A stretch of 63,552 nt of DNA, counting the filler, from Heterodontus francisci (lineage: Eukaryota): NCBI RefSeq assembly GCF_036365525.1. It is 4 parts of 4 records of this genome, joined end to end, with 100 filler letters (N's around TTAATTAATTAA, not from the genome) between each part and the next. Parts side by side here need not be neighbours in the genome. Positions count along the whole stretch, not along the records: positions 26,365 to 47,344 come from NC_090404.1; 3 more parts are not named here. One strand, written 5' to 3'. How positions within the stretch are numbered: position 1 is the stretch's first letter; every line of letters begins with the position of its first letter. Positions 26,365 to 36,739 of this stretch are shown piece after piece. Below the pieces are notes generated by a model. It searched no databases. It was not told where the DNA came from and was given only the letters and a program-made list of their open reading frames with translations. Position numbers and translations under genes: made by a program.

Positions 26365-27640
26365 CACTGTACTCAGTCTCATCTTTATCTATCTCTTTCT
26401 GTTGGCCTCTCTCTGTATCACTGTACTCAGTCTCACTTTTATCTATCTCTCTCTGTTGGTCTCTCCCTGTATCACTGTACTCAGTCTCATCTTTATCTAT
26501 CTCTCTCTGTTGGTCCCTCTCTGTATCACTGTACTCAGTCTCATCTTTATCTATCTCTTTCTGTTGGCCTCTCTCTGTATCACTGTACTCAGTCTCATCT
26601 TTATCTATCTCTCTCTGTTGGCCTCTCTCTGTATCACTGTACTCAGTCTCACTTTTATCTATCTCTCTCTGTTGGTCCCTCTCTGTATCACTGTACTCAG
26701 TCTCACTTTTATCTATCTCTCTCTGTTTGTCCCTCTCTGTATCACTGTACTCAGTCTCATCTTTATCTATCTCTTTCTGTTGGCCTCTCTCTGTATCACT
26801 GTACTCAGTCTCATCTTTATCTCTCTCTCTCTGTTGGTCCCTCTCTGTATCACTGTACTCAGTCTCATCTTTATCTATCTCTTTCTGTTGGCCTCTCTCT
26901 GTATCACTGTACTCAGTCTCATCTTTATCTATCTCTCTCTGTTGGTCCCTCTCTGTATCACTGTACTCAGTCTCATCTTTATCTCTCTCTCTCTGTTGGT
27001 CCCTCTCTGTATCACTGTACTCAGTCTCATCTTTATCTATCTCTTTCTGTTGGCCTCTCTCTGTATCACTGTACTCAGTCTCATCTTTATCTATCTCTCT
27101 CTGTTGGCCTCTCTCTGTATCACTGTACTCAGTCTCACTTTTATCTATCTCTCTCTGTTGGTCCCTCTCTGTATCACTGTACTCAGTCTCATCTTTATCT
27201 ATCTCTTTCTGTTGGCCTCTCTCTGTATCACTGTACTCAGTCTCACTTTTATCTATCTCTCTCTGTTGGCCTCTCTCTGTATCACTGTACTCAGTCTCAC
27301 TTTTATCTATCTCTCTCTGTTGGTCCCTCTCTGTATCACTGTACTCAGTCTCACTTTTATCTATCTCTCTCTGTTGGTCTCTCTCTCTGTATCACTGTAC
27401 TCAATCTCACCTTTATCTATCTCACTCTGTTGGTCTCTCGCTGTATCACTGTACTCAGTCTTACCTTTATCTATCTGATTCTGTTGGTCTCTCTCTGTAT
27501 CACTGTACTCAGTCTCATCTTTATCTCTCTCTCTCTGTTGGTCCCTCTCTGTATCACTGTACTCAGTCTCATCTTTATCTATCTCATTCTGTTGGTCTCT
27601 CTCTGAATCAATGTACCCAGTCTCGCCTTCATTTATACAT
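26365..27640. repeat. 54-bp pyrimidine-rich minisatellite, about 23 copies
   Basis: Unit cactgtactcagtctcatctttatctatctctctctgttggcctctctctgtat; gives an 18-aa periodic spurious ORF. Confidence 0.97.
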
Positions 27641-28118
27641 TTCTCTGTGTGACGTCAGTCTGTAGTCTATGTGACGTCAGTCTTCTGTCTGTGTGATGTG
27701 TCTTCTGTCTGTGTGTCGTATCTTCATTCTGTGTGACGTGAGTCTGAAGTTTGCATGACGTCTGTCTGAAGACTTGCCAATGTAGGTTTGAGTGACGTAA
27801 TTGTCAGCGATCTCTTTCTCGGAGCTGATCTGAACGTAATCCCTGATTATGAATTATTAAGCAGTTGATCAGAAGCAGGAAGGACAGTTTAACCGGTAGA
27901 TTGATTCTTTGCTGGATCTGTCTGTCTGATTGGATTCTGCAGTTTGTTTTCTCGGCCGCTCCTGGAAACAGTTGGGTGACAGTTTGATCCATGGTTAATT
28001 TGGTTTCCTCTCGGTGTGTGTTTGAGTGCCTGACAGCGCGCTGCACATTGTGGCTGCATCTGCCCGCGATTCTACACACCTCCCAACAGACAGAAGCTCC
28101 CACCCACAGTCCAACAGC

Positions 28119-28157
28119 TGTTTTTGTACAGGGGTGAGACTGTTTCCCATCACTGCG
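28119..28157 (-). promoter_or_regulatory. Defective 23-RSS (heptamer CGCAGTG, 23-bp spacer, nonamer ACAAAAACA)
   Basis: Spacer counted 28128-28150; the essential CAC is mutated to CGC. Confidence 0.9.
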
Positions 28158-28457
28158 AGTCCCACAGAGAGCACAGTAAGAGTTAATTATCTGCAATTCG
28201 GTCATGGTTAAACTTGCTAAGGAGTCTGAAAGCACGAGTTCTGAAGAGAAACGGATTCCTGTCTCTGCTCTTTTCCATTCCACTCTATCCCAGAACCATC
28301 TCCTCATCACCAACTGGAGTTCCTTCTCTGGTTGCTGTCGGTACCAATATAAATAATACCTGTTTTCAGTGGTCCTATCGATACATCTTATAGTCACTGC
28401 TTCTCCTTCTCTTCCGCTCACTGAAGACTGGGACTGAGTAATCTTAATTACTCTGAT
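28158..28457 (-). pseudogene. TCR alpha/delta-type V exon, pseudogene
   Basis: ITQSQSSVSGREGEAVTIRC..YYLYWYRQQPEK..RFSSEL..SLTMTELQIINSYCAL; the D-x-A-x-Y motif is deleted, the RSS is mutated and the leader is disrupted. Confidence 0.9.
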
Positions 28458-28555
28458 CTGCAACATGTGTTCAGGAAGAAGATAAAGCCGAGTATTAAAA
28501 GGCATCAGTGAAAATAAATGTCATTTCAGTTTGAACACGACAAGATGAGAGCCAT

Positions 28556-29390
28556 AAATTAAAAGAAAAATACTGCGGATGCTGGAAATCTGAAATAAAA
28601 ACAAGAAATGCTGGAAACACTCAGCAGGTCTGGCAGCATCTGTGGAGAGAGAAGTAGAGTTAACATTTCGGGTCAGTGACCCTTCTTCAGAACTGGCAAA
28701 TATTAGAAATGTAAAAGGTTATAAGCAAGTAAAGTGAGGGTGGGGCAAGAGATAACAAAGGAGAAGGTGTAGCTAGGACAAGGTCACAGAATAGCTGACC
28801 AGAAGGTCATGGAGCAAAGATATGTTAATGGTGTGTTGAAAGACAAAGCATTAGTACAGAAAGGGTGTTAATGGACTGAAAATTGGTCAAGTACAAACAT
28901 GAAAAAAACAGTGGGTAAGCAAACTGAACAAACTAAGACGAAATAAAATAAAATAAACATTAAAAAATATATAAAAAAGGAAAAAAGTAACTCAAAATAA
29001 AAGTAAAATGGGGAGCCCGTCATGCTCTGAAATTATTGAACTCAGTGTTCAGTCCGGCAGGCTGTAGCGTGCCAAATCGGTAAATGAGATGCTGTTCTTC
29101 GAGCTTGCATTGATGTTCCCTGGAACTCTGCAGCAATCCCAGGACAGAGATATGAGCATGAGAGCAGGGGGAGTGTTGAAATGGCAAGCAACCGGAAGCT
29201 CGGGGTCCTGTTTGCGGTCTGAGCGGATGTGTTCCGCAAAGCGGTCCCCCAGTCTGCATTTGGTCTCCCCAATGTAGAGGAGACCACATTGTGAGCAGCG
29301 AGTACAGTATACTACATTGAAAGAAGTACTAGTAAATCGCTGCTTCACCTGAAAGGAGTGTTTGGGGCATTGGATAGTGGGTGGATAGTG
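28556..29390 (-). mobile_element. 5'-truncated Penelope-like element (GIY-YIG endonuclease end plus pseudo-LTR), 12-bp TSD
   Basis: NVVYCTRCSQCGLLYIGETKCRLGDRFAEH...PVACHFN; TSD gatgagagccat at 28544-28555 and 29391-29402. Confidence 0.93.
28658..28694 (-). ncRNA. Minimal type I hammerhead ribozyme motif in Penelope pseudo-LTR
   Basis: AGUU-CUGAAGA-A-GGGUC-ACU-GACCC-GAAA-UGUU-AACU: CUGANGA and GAAA cores, 5-bp stem II, 4-bp stem I, GUU cleavage triplet. Confidence 0.75.
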
Positions 29391-29408
29391 GATGAGAGCC
29401 ATCCTTAC

Positions 29409-29424
29409 CGACAGTAAACAGCCC
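29409..29424 (-). pseudogene. 3' half of the split V leader exon (GGG CTG TTT ACT GTC G|GTAAGG)
   Basis: Directly follows the Tx1 poly(A); phase-1 donor at 29408. Confidence 0.85.
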
Positions 29425-32400
29425 TTTTTTATTTCCAAAGTAGACTTCGTTCATAAAAATCTGTAAAAAAAAAAATACATTACAAAATAATTCCAAACAA
29501 CACCAAGTCAAAAAATACAAGAAGTGCAAAGGAGGTCAGTTTCCTTCAATACTGATGTGAGTTGCCTTCCATTTCATTTTTCATGCCACATACATTTTAC
29601 AGCAAATGAAACTTTTCCCGTTACAGTTCAAGGGGTTTCCCATGGATCCAGCCCCTCTGTTCAGCTTGGTGAGGCGGACCTTACACTGTGGTCTTTCCCC
29701 ATTGAGCCTTTGCTGCGGCTGCCCCAAGCTTTAGTGCGTCCCTCAGCACGTAGTCCTGGACCTTGGAATGTGCCAGTCTGCAACATTCGGTGGTGGACAA
29801 CTCTTTGTGCTGGAAGACCAGCAAGTTTCGGGCAGACCAAAGGGCGTCTTTCACCGAATTGATAGTCCTCCAGCAGCAGTTGATGTTTGTCTCGGTGTGC
29901 GTCCCTGGGAACAGCCCTTAGAGCACAGACTCCTGTGTTCCAGAGCTGCTTGGGATGAACCTCGACAAAAACCACTGCATCTCTTTCCACACCTGCTTTG
30001 CAAAGACACATTCCAGAAGGAGGTGGGCAACCATCTCTTCCCCACCACAGCCACCGCGGGGGCATTGCGCAGAGGGGGTGAGACTTCGTGCAGGAAGGAT
30101 CTGACGCGGAGGGCTCTTCTCACCACCAGCCAAGCTACATCTTGGTGCTTGTTTGAAAGTTCTGGTGATGAGGCATTCCGCCAAATGACTTTGACGGTCT
30201 GCTCGGGGAACCATCAGATAGGGTCCACCATCTCCTTTTCCCGTAGGGCCTTGAGGACATTCCGTGCAGACCACTGCCTGAGGGATTGGTGGTCAAAGGT
30301 GTTTTCCCACAGAAACTGCTCCACGAAGGATAGGTGGTACGGCACAGTCTAACTGGATGGAGCGTTCTGTGGCAATATGACCAGGCCCATCCTTCGCAAC
30401 ACTGGGGACAGATAGAACCTCAGCACGTAGTAACACTTGGAGTTTGCATACTGGAGGTCTACACACAGCTTGATGCAGCCACACTCAAAGGTAGTCATCA
30501 GGATGAGGGCGATGTTGGGTACATTTTTCCAGCCCTTATCCAGAGGTTTGAACATCGTGTCCATCTGGATCCGGTCCATTTTGGATCCCCAGATGAAGCG
30601 GAAAATGGCTCGGGTGACCGGCACAGCGCAGGAGTGGGGTATGGGCCAGACCTGCGCCACGTACAGCAACAACGTGAGCGCCTCGCACCTGATGACCAGG
30701 TTCTTACCCACAATGGAGAGAGATCACTGCTTCCATATGCTCAGTTTAGGTCTACCCTGGCTACACGCTCATTCCAGGTTTTGGTGCACGCCCCAGCCCT
30801 TCCAAACCACATCCCCAGCACCTTCAGGTAGTGTGACCTGACGGTGAAGGGGACAAAGGATCGGTCGGCCCAGTTCCCAAAGAACATGGCCTCGCTCTTG
30901 CCGTGGTTAACTTTGGCTCCCGAGGCCAGTTCGAACTGGTCGCAGATGCTCATCAGTCTGCGCACAGACAGCGGATCCGAGCAGAAGACAGTGACGTCAT
31001 CCATGTACAGGGAGGTTTTAACCAGAGTGCCTCCGCTGCCTGGGATTGTCACCCCTCGTATGCTCGCATCCTTCCTAATAGACTCAGCAAAGGGTTCAAT
31101 ACAGCAAACAAATAACACAGGGGTGAGAGGACAGCCCTGTCTGACTCCAGATTGGATCAGGAAACTTTTTGATATTGATTGAGACTGAGCTACTGATGTT
31201 TGTGTAGAGCAGTTTGATCCAATTGCAGAGTCCCTCCCCAAACCCCATTTTGGAAAGCACGTCCATCATGTAGGTGTGCGATATCCTGTCAAAAGCCTTC
31301 TCCTGGTCCAGGCTGATGAGGCAGGTGTCCACCCTTCTGTCCCATACATAGGTGATCGTATCCTTGAGTAGCACGAGACTATCAGAGATCTTCCTGCCGG
31401 GTACAGTACAGGTCTGATCAGGGTGAATCACCAACTCCAGAGCAGACCTGACTCGACTGGCTATGACTTTGGACAGAATCTTGTAGTCGACATGAAGCAC
31501 TGAGATGGGCTGCCAATTTCTGATTTCTGCCCTCTCCCCCTTCCGCTTGTAGATGAGGGTGATGATGCCTTTCCTCATGGATTCTGACATGATGCCAGCC
31601 AGGAGCATACTTTCGTATACTTCCAGCAGGTCCGGGCCGACCCAGTCCCACAGGGCCGAATACAACTCAACTGGTAAGCCGTCGCTTCCGGGAGTTTTAC
31701 TCGTCTCAAAGGACCTGACGGCCTTTGTCAGCTCGTCCAGAGTTAGCGGCTTGTCCAGTCTCTCCCTCGTGCTGTCATCTAAGACCTCTGTGATAGATGA
31801 CAGGAAGGACTGGTAGGCTCTGCTGTCTGTGGGCTTCACGTCATACAGCCCAGCAGAAAAGGATTTGCTGATCCTTAGTATGTCGGACTGCGAAGACGTT
31901 ACCGAGCCATCCTCTTCCTTCAGGCTGCTGATCACAGAGCTCTCTCTGTGTACCTTTCGGAAGAAGTAACGCAAGCACGTCTCATCCTGCTCAATGGAGC
32001 GGACTCTGGACCGGAAGATGATCTTGGAGGCCTCCGTGGCAAAGAGCGAGGCCTGCTGGCTCTTCACCTCATGGAGGTCCTCCTTCACCTCGACCCCCAT
32101 CGACTGCAGCTGGAGCAGATTTTGCATACTTCTCTGGGGTCGGGACATTTCCCTCTGTCTCTCCCTCGCCCTCTGAACATCTTTGAAGATAAAGAACCTC
32201 TTGATGTTCTCCTTGATCACCTCCCACCAGTGAACTGGAGACTCAAAGAGGGGTTTCACGGTCTTCCAACCTTTGTAATCCCTTTTGAGTTCCTCAACGT
32301 TCTTTGGGGTTAGCAGTGTAGCATTGAGCTTCCACGTCCCTCTGCCAGCCCGTTGGTCATCCTGTAAGTGACAGTCGGCCAGTAAGAGGCAAGGGTCAGA

Positions 32401-33029
32401 GAAGAACACCGGCTTGACATCGGTGGATCCGACCGTGACAGCACGGGACACAAACAGGAAATCAATCCTGGAACGGGCAGACCCGTCCGATCTTGACCAT
32501 GTGTATCTGCGCTGCGCTCCGTCTGCAGGTTTGCTGAAGACGTCGTGCAGTTTGGCATCTTTAACTGTTTCTATTAGGAATCTGGATGTAGCGTCCAGTT
32601 TGCTGTCGTCACTGCCGGATCGTAAAGCTGCATCGATGATGCAGTTGAAGTCACCGCCTCGGATGACCGGCCTGAACGTCGCCAGCAGCAGTGGGAGCTG
32701 CTGGAAGACGGTCAGCCGCTCACTGCATTGAACCAGGGTGCACATGTTGATCAACCGGAGCGGAGCGTTGTTGTACATTACATCTGCTACGAGGAGGCGA
32801 CCGCCCACCACCTCCTTAACTTCGGAGATGGTGAAGTTACCTCCCCACAGCAGAATACCCAGGCCAGAGGAACGGCAATCATTACCCCCTGACCAGATCG
32901 ATGGCCCGTGGGACCACCGTCGCAACCATTGCCTATAGGTGCTGAGATGTGGTATTCCACACTCCTGCAGAAACAGTGGGTTGGCTTTTACCTTGGCGAG
33001 GTAATCCAAGGTTGAAACACATCGCGTAG

Positions 33030-33820
33030 TGGCAGCTAACTGCAGCACAGTCGTCTGCAAGAACTGCAAGGAGAAAGGCCATCAGACCAAGGACTGTAAG
33101 CAGAGTAAGTGTTGTAACCTGTGCGGTGCAGCAGGCCACCTCTACAAAACCTGCCCCAAACGCTGCCTCAGTTATGCTCAGGCGGCAAGGTCCAAGGAAA
33201 GGCCGGGAGAAGGAACGACGAAGGCGTCTGGTGCTGGAAAGGAGACAAGCAATCCTCTCCACTGTGAGCAAATTCTACCTGAGAAGGAGAAGAAAGGGGA
33301 GGCAGCTGCAACCAGCGATTCAGCACCTACCCTGTGCCTGGAAACCCCTCCTCCACAGACAGAATCAATGGAGGAGGAGGCAGCAGATGGACAAACAGGT
33401 CAGTGGCAAGCAGTACAAAGGAAAACCACAAAGAAAAAACCTCCAAAAGCGGAACAGCCCTCCTCCCAAACCAATGGTAAGAGGAGGTTACCGTCTGAGA
33501 CAGACTACAGCAGCTCCTCTTCACTGGACGAGGAAGTGCCGGAACGTGGCACCTTCAAAAGAGGCAGCAGAACTCAAAGGAACTGGAAGATAAAGCCCCC
33601 CAGCTCCCGGGCACTGGCAGCTGTGATGGGCCCGGCATGCCCCAAACCCAAAGCGCCAAACCTAGTGACATGGCCAGCGCATCCCAGCTCCGGGACACTG
33701 AGAGCAAAGACAGGTCTGGCACACCTCAGCTCCAGGAAGGTGGGAGTAGTGATGTTTTCAAGGAAGAACAAAGGGGAACAGCAGAGGATAGCCCAATCCT
33801 TGCTGCCTCCAAGACCCCGC
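33030..33820 (+). mobile_element. Inverted ORF1 C-terminal segment (CCHC zinc knuckles) of the Tx1 element
   Basis: CKNCKEKGHQTKDC and CNLCGAAGHLYKTC on the plus strand while the rest of the element is on the minus strand. Confidence 0.9.
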
Positions 33821-34227
33821 CGGCCACCTCGACGTACCTGGCGAGAAAGGTGAGTACATCCACTGCAGGAACATGGGTATTATAGAGGTGAATTGGCACC
33901 ACCCGGTCACATTGTGAGGGCAGCGTGAAGAGCGGCTCCACTGTGAGGATCGACAGCGGCGCCAGGTTCCCTTTCTCCTTGAACACCATCAGGAACTTGA
34001 TGCATCCCGCCACATTCTTGAACATCAAGTCGAAATATCCACTGCTGGGGAAATCCTGCAGGCAGAAGATGTCCGTAGCTTGGAATCCACTGCAATTGAT
34101 GAGGATTTTCTTAATGAAGAAGGTGCGATCAACCAGTGCATCTCCTTCCTTGTCCTTCACTACCAACCGAACGGTCTTGCGCACTCCCTGACCTGAAGCT
34201 CGAAGCCGACCCAGGATCAAAAGCCAC

Positions 34228-34258
34228 TGATCGTGGTTTCTCCCCTGCCAAGTAAGTA
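34228..34258 (-). ncRNA. RNU1: U1 snRNA 5' fragment (about nt 2-32)
   Basis: TACTTACTTGGCAGGGGAGAAACCACGATCA versus vertebrate U1 TACTTACCTGGCAGGGGAGATACCATGATCA: 28/31 identical to the human sequence as recalled. Confidence 0.9.
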
Positions 34259-34305
34259 CTAATAAGAACAGATACTACACTTGATCTTAGCCAAAAGACC
34301 GAGAA
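34258..34305 (-). ncRNA. RNU2: U2 snRNA 5' fragment (about nt 6-53)
   Basis: TTCTCGGTCTTTTGGCTAAGATCAAGTGTAGTATCTGTTCTTATTAGT: 46/48 identical to human U2 as recalled, including the branch-point recognition GTAGTA. Confidence 0.96.
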
Positions 34306-34306
34306 A

Positions 34307-34339
34307 CCCAAACACAACCCAGGCGCTGAATATCCGCAT
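34307..34339 (-). pseudogene. 5' half of the split V leader exon (MRIFSAWVVFG)
   Basis: ATG at 34339; joined to 29409-29421 it gives a 46-nt hydrophobic leader MRIFSAWVVFGLFTV+G. TTTTAAA and TTGCGTCA (CRE-like) lie upstream at 34370-34432. Confidence 0.85.
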
Positions 34340-34796
34340 GGCTGCTGCCGAGACCAAACATGCTGGCCCCTTTAAAAGCCCAAATCCGGACCGCCATTTC
34401 CTGGTCTCACTGTTTCCCTGCAATGACGCAATCTTCAATCAGACCACCATATATTGAAATGAGATTCAAATGAGGGTCCTGGGTCATCTGCAGTCCTTTG
34501 ATCCACAGCATAAAGTATCTGCCGATGGGTCATTCTTTCAGTGAGCTCAGTGTGAGGGCCCTCAGTTTACCGTCTGATCCAAAAGGCTCAAACTCCAGCA
34601 GTTCAGCGCTCCCTCAGTACTGACACCGGGAGCTTGAGCCCGGATTATAGGCTGACGTCTCCGCCTTGGGATTTGACCCTACAAATGTCTAACTCAGATG
34701 CAGGAGTGACAGCGACTGAGCCACGGCTGCCGCTGGCAGAGCAGCGCGAGTTCCTCCGAACTGAAGGTACCGCCGGCAGCAGCTTCACTTCACTGA

Positions 34797-34835
34797 GGTT
34801 TTTGTACAGCGGCAACTGAGTTTTAAAGCACTGTG
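34797..34835 (-). promoter_or_regulatory. Consensus 23-RSS (CACAGTG-23-ACAAAAACC)
   Basis: Heptamer 34829-34835, spacer 34806-34828, nonamer 34797-34805. Confidence 0.97.
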
Positions 34836-35278
34836 CTTCCCAACCCGCAGAAATACACAGCGGTGTCCTGGATTTCCACTCCAGGAATCGTTAAAGGAAA
34901 CTTCTTTTCTGAGTTGGTCTGGTCAGCCTGGAATCTTCCCATGACAAAATCCGCATCCATTTTTCTGCTGTTATCCCGGTACAAAATAAAATGCGGAGCC
35001 TGGTTCGAGTGCTGTCTGTACCAATACAGATAGGGGTCATAGTAGCTTGTTGTGTAAGTACAGTCTATTTTCACACGATCGCCTTCAGCCGCGTCGAGTG
35101 TGGTCTGAGGTTGTGACACCGTATCTGCCCGAATCTCCCCTGAATTAAAAAATAACAGAAGCTTGAATATAATACTGTGTTAGAATGTTTGGTAGCACCA
35201 CATTAGTGCAAACAGATGCAAAACATGACCACACCTACCGAACACCAGCCATAATATAACAAGATGATGGTACGACAT
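34836..35278 (-). CDS. Intact TCR alpha/delta-type V gene segment (leader 35239-35278, V exon 34836-35139)
   Basis: MSYHHLVILWLVF-G|EIRADTVSQPQ..VKIDCTYTTSYYDPYLYWYRQ..GRF..LTI..DTAVYFCGL; GT-AG phase-1 intron of 99 nt; perfect 23-RSS. Confidence 0.92.
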
Positions 35279-36095
35279 GGGCTCTATTCTACCTTCAGTG
35301 ACAACCCCTTTGGAATAGCAGTTCCAGTTACTGTTGCAATCTGTTATATGGAGTAAAGTGAGACAATGTTTGTCAGAAAGGTATAACAGAAGGCGAGGAA
35401 GTATCGCGTGCAATTCTGCAGCTGGAAAAGGTACCGAATGCATTAACTGGCTTTTAGCAGAAGCGCTGATTGGTCGGATGGATTTTCTCGACTTCCTCCT
35501 CCACCGCATCACTCAGAGCGTCACTCAGTAGGTTAAAGGAGGCGGGACCAGATTGTGGAAGAGCACTGCACTGGGCGCAGTTTGTGTTTGGTACTTCACC
35601 CCCTCTCCCTGCCCCCTACCTCTCCGCATCACCCTTCTTGTTCAAAAGAAGATCACACGGATGTGGTGCAAGGTAACTATTGAAAGATTTTCGTACCGTA
35701 ATAGCAGAAAGAGAAATAATGAATGAGAGTGAACGCGCGACAAAGTAGGAGAGACGAGAAAAAGACTGAAATAGAGAAAGAACGGAAAGCGAAAGAGAAG
35801 AAAAGCAAATGTAATCGTGGAAGAAAGAACCAATGGCAGAAATTGAGAAGTATTGTCATCCTGTACCCATTGCTTCTCGTATCTTTTTTTTCTACTCTTC
35901 CCATGTGAACATCGCTGGCAAGGTTAGCATTTGTTGCCCATCTCCAATTGCCCTTGCAGCTAAGTGGCTTGTTTGGCCATTTCAGAGGGCAGTTAAGGGA
36001 CAACCACATGGATGTGACTCTGGAGTCACATGTAGGCCAGACCAGGTAAGGACAGCAGATTTCCGTCCCTAAAAGGACATTAGTGAATCAGCAGG

Positions 36096-36520
36096 TTGAT
36101 TAAGCGGAGGGGAGTAGGGTCTGAGAGTAAACTTGCGGGGCACATAAAAACTGACTGTAAAAGCTTCTGTAAATATATGAAGAGAAAAAGATTAGTGAAG
36201 ACAAATGTAGGTCCCTTACAGTCAGAAACGGGGGAAATTATAATGGGGAACAAAGAAATAGCAGATCAATTAAACACATACTTTGGTTCTGCCTTCACAA
36301 AGGAGGACACAAATAACCTCCCAGAAATGTTAGGGAACCAAGGGTCTAATGAGAGGGAGGATTTGAAGGAAATCAGTATTAGTTAAAAAATAGTGCAAAG
36401 GAAATTAACGGGGTTAAAAAACTGACAAATCCCCAGGGCCTGATAATCTACATCCCAGAGTACTAAAGGAAGTGGCCCTGGAAATAGTGGGTGCATTGGT
36501 GGTCATCTTCCAAAATGTTC
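36096..36520 (+). mobile_element. CR1 ORF2 fragment
   Basis: SKLAGHIKTDCKSFCKY..VGPLQSETGE..LNTYFGSAFTKED and [15 protein letters not shown]. Confidence 0.88.
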
Positions 36521-36529
36521 CAATTAAAA

Positions 36530-36705
36530 GCAGTCGATTGAGACACCAGCGTGTTCACACGGGGGAGAGGCCATTTACTTGTTCTGTGTGTGGGAAGGGA
36601 TTTGTCATTTCAACCAAGCTGCTGAGGCACCAGCGAGTTCACCAATGACTGCAGGGGTTGGATTCTGCTCTTGTTGCTGCTGTTAATCACATCCAGAACT
36701 AAATC
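36530..36705 (+). pseudogene. C2H2 zinc-finger gene 3' relic
   Basis: [29 protein letters not shown] plus a 3' tail matching the reverse of 44245-44330. Confidence 0.8.
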
Positions 36706-36739
36706 CTGACTCAAAGCCTGTTTCCAATTGGGTTTCCAC

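Larger units (their letters stand above)
29425..34306 (-). mobile_element. Tx1-clade non-LTR retrotransposon with U2+U1 snRNA-derived 5' head and an internal inversion
   Basis: ORF1 N-terminus 33820-34220; APE endonuclease (LFLQEC, GGDFN, RIDF, FSD); RT (SLDQEKAFDR, SGVRQGCPL, SLYMDD); C-terminal Cys-rich region; aataaaaaa tail at 29425; GGG on both sides. Frameshifted. Confidence 0.95.

Noticed and set aside
26402-27665. Long hydrophobic ORFs (358 and 312 aa), and similar ORFs at 9284, 18311, 19520 and 57566
   Set aside because: These are translations of tandem repeats or low-complexity DNA.
34228-34305. Functional U1/U2 snRNA genes
   Set aside because: Only 5' fragments, without Sm sites or snRNA promoter; they are part of the retroelement.
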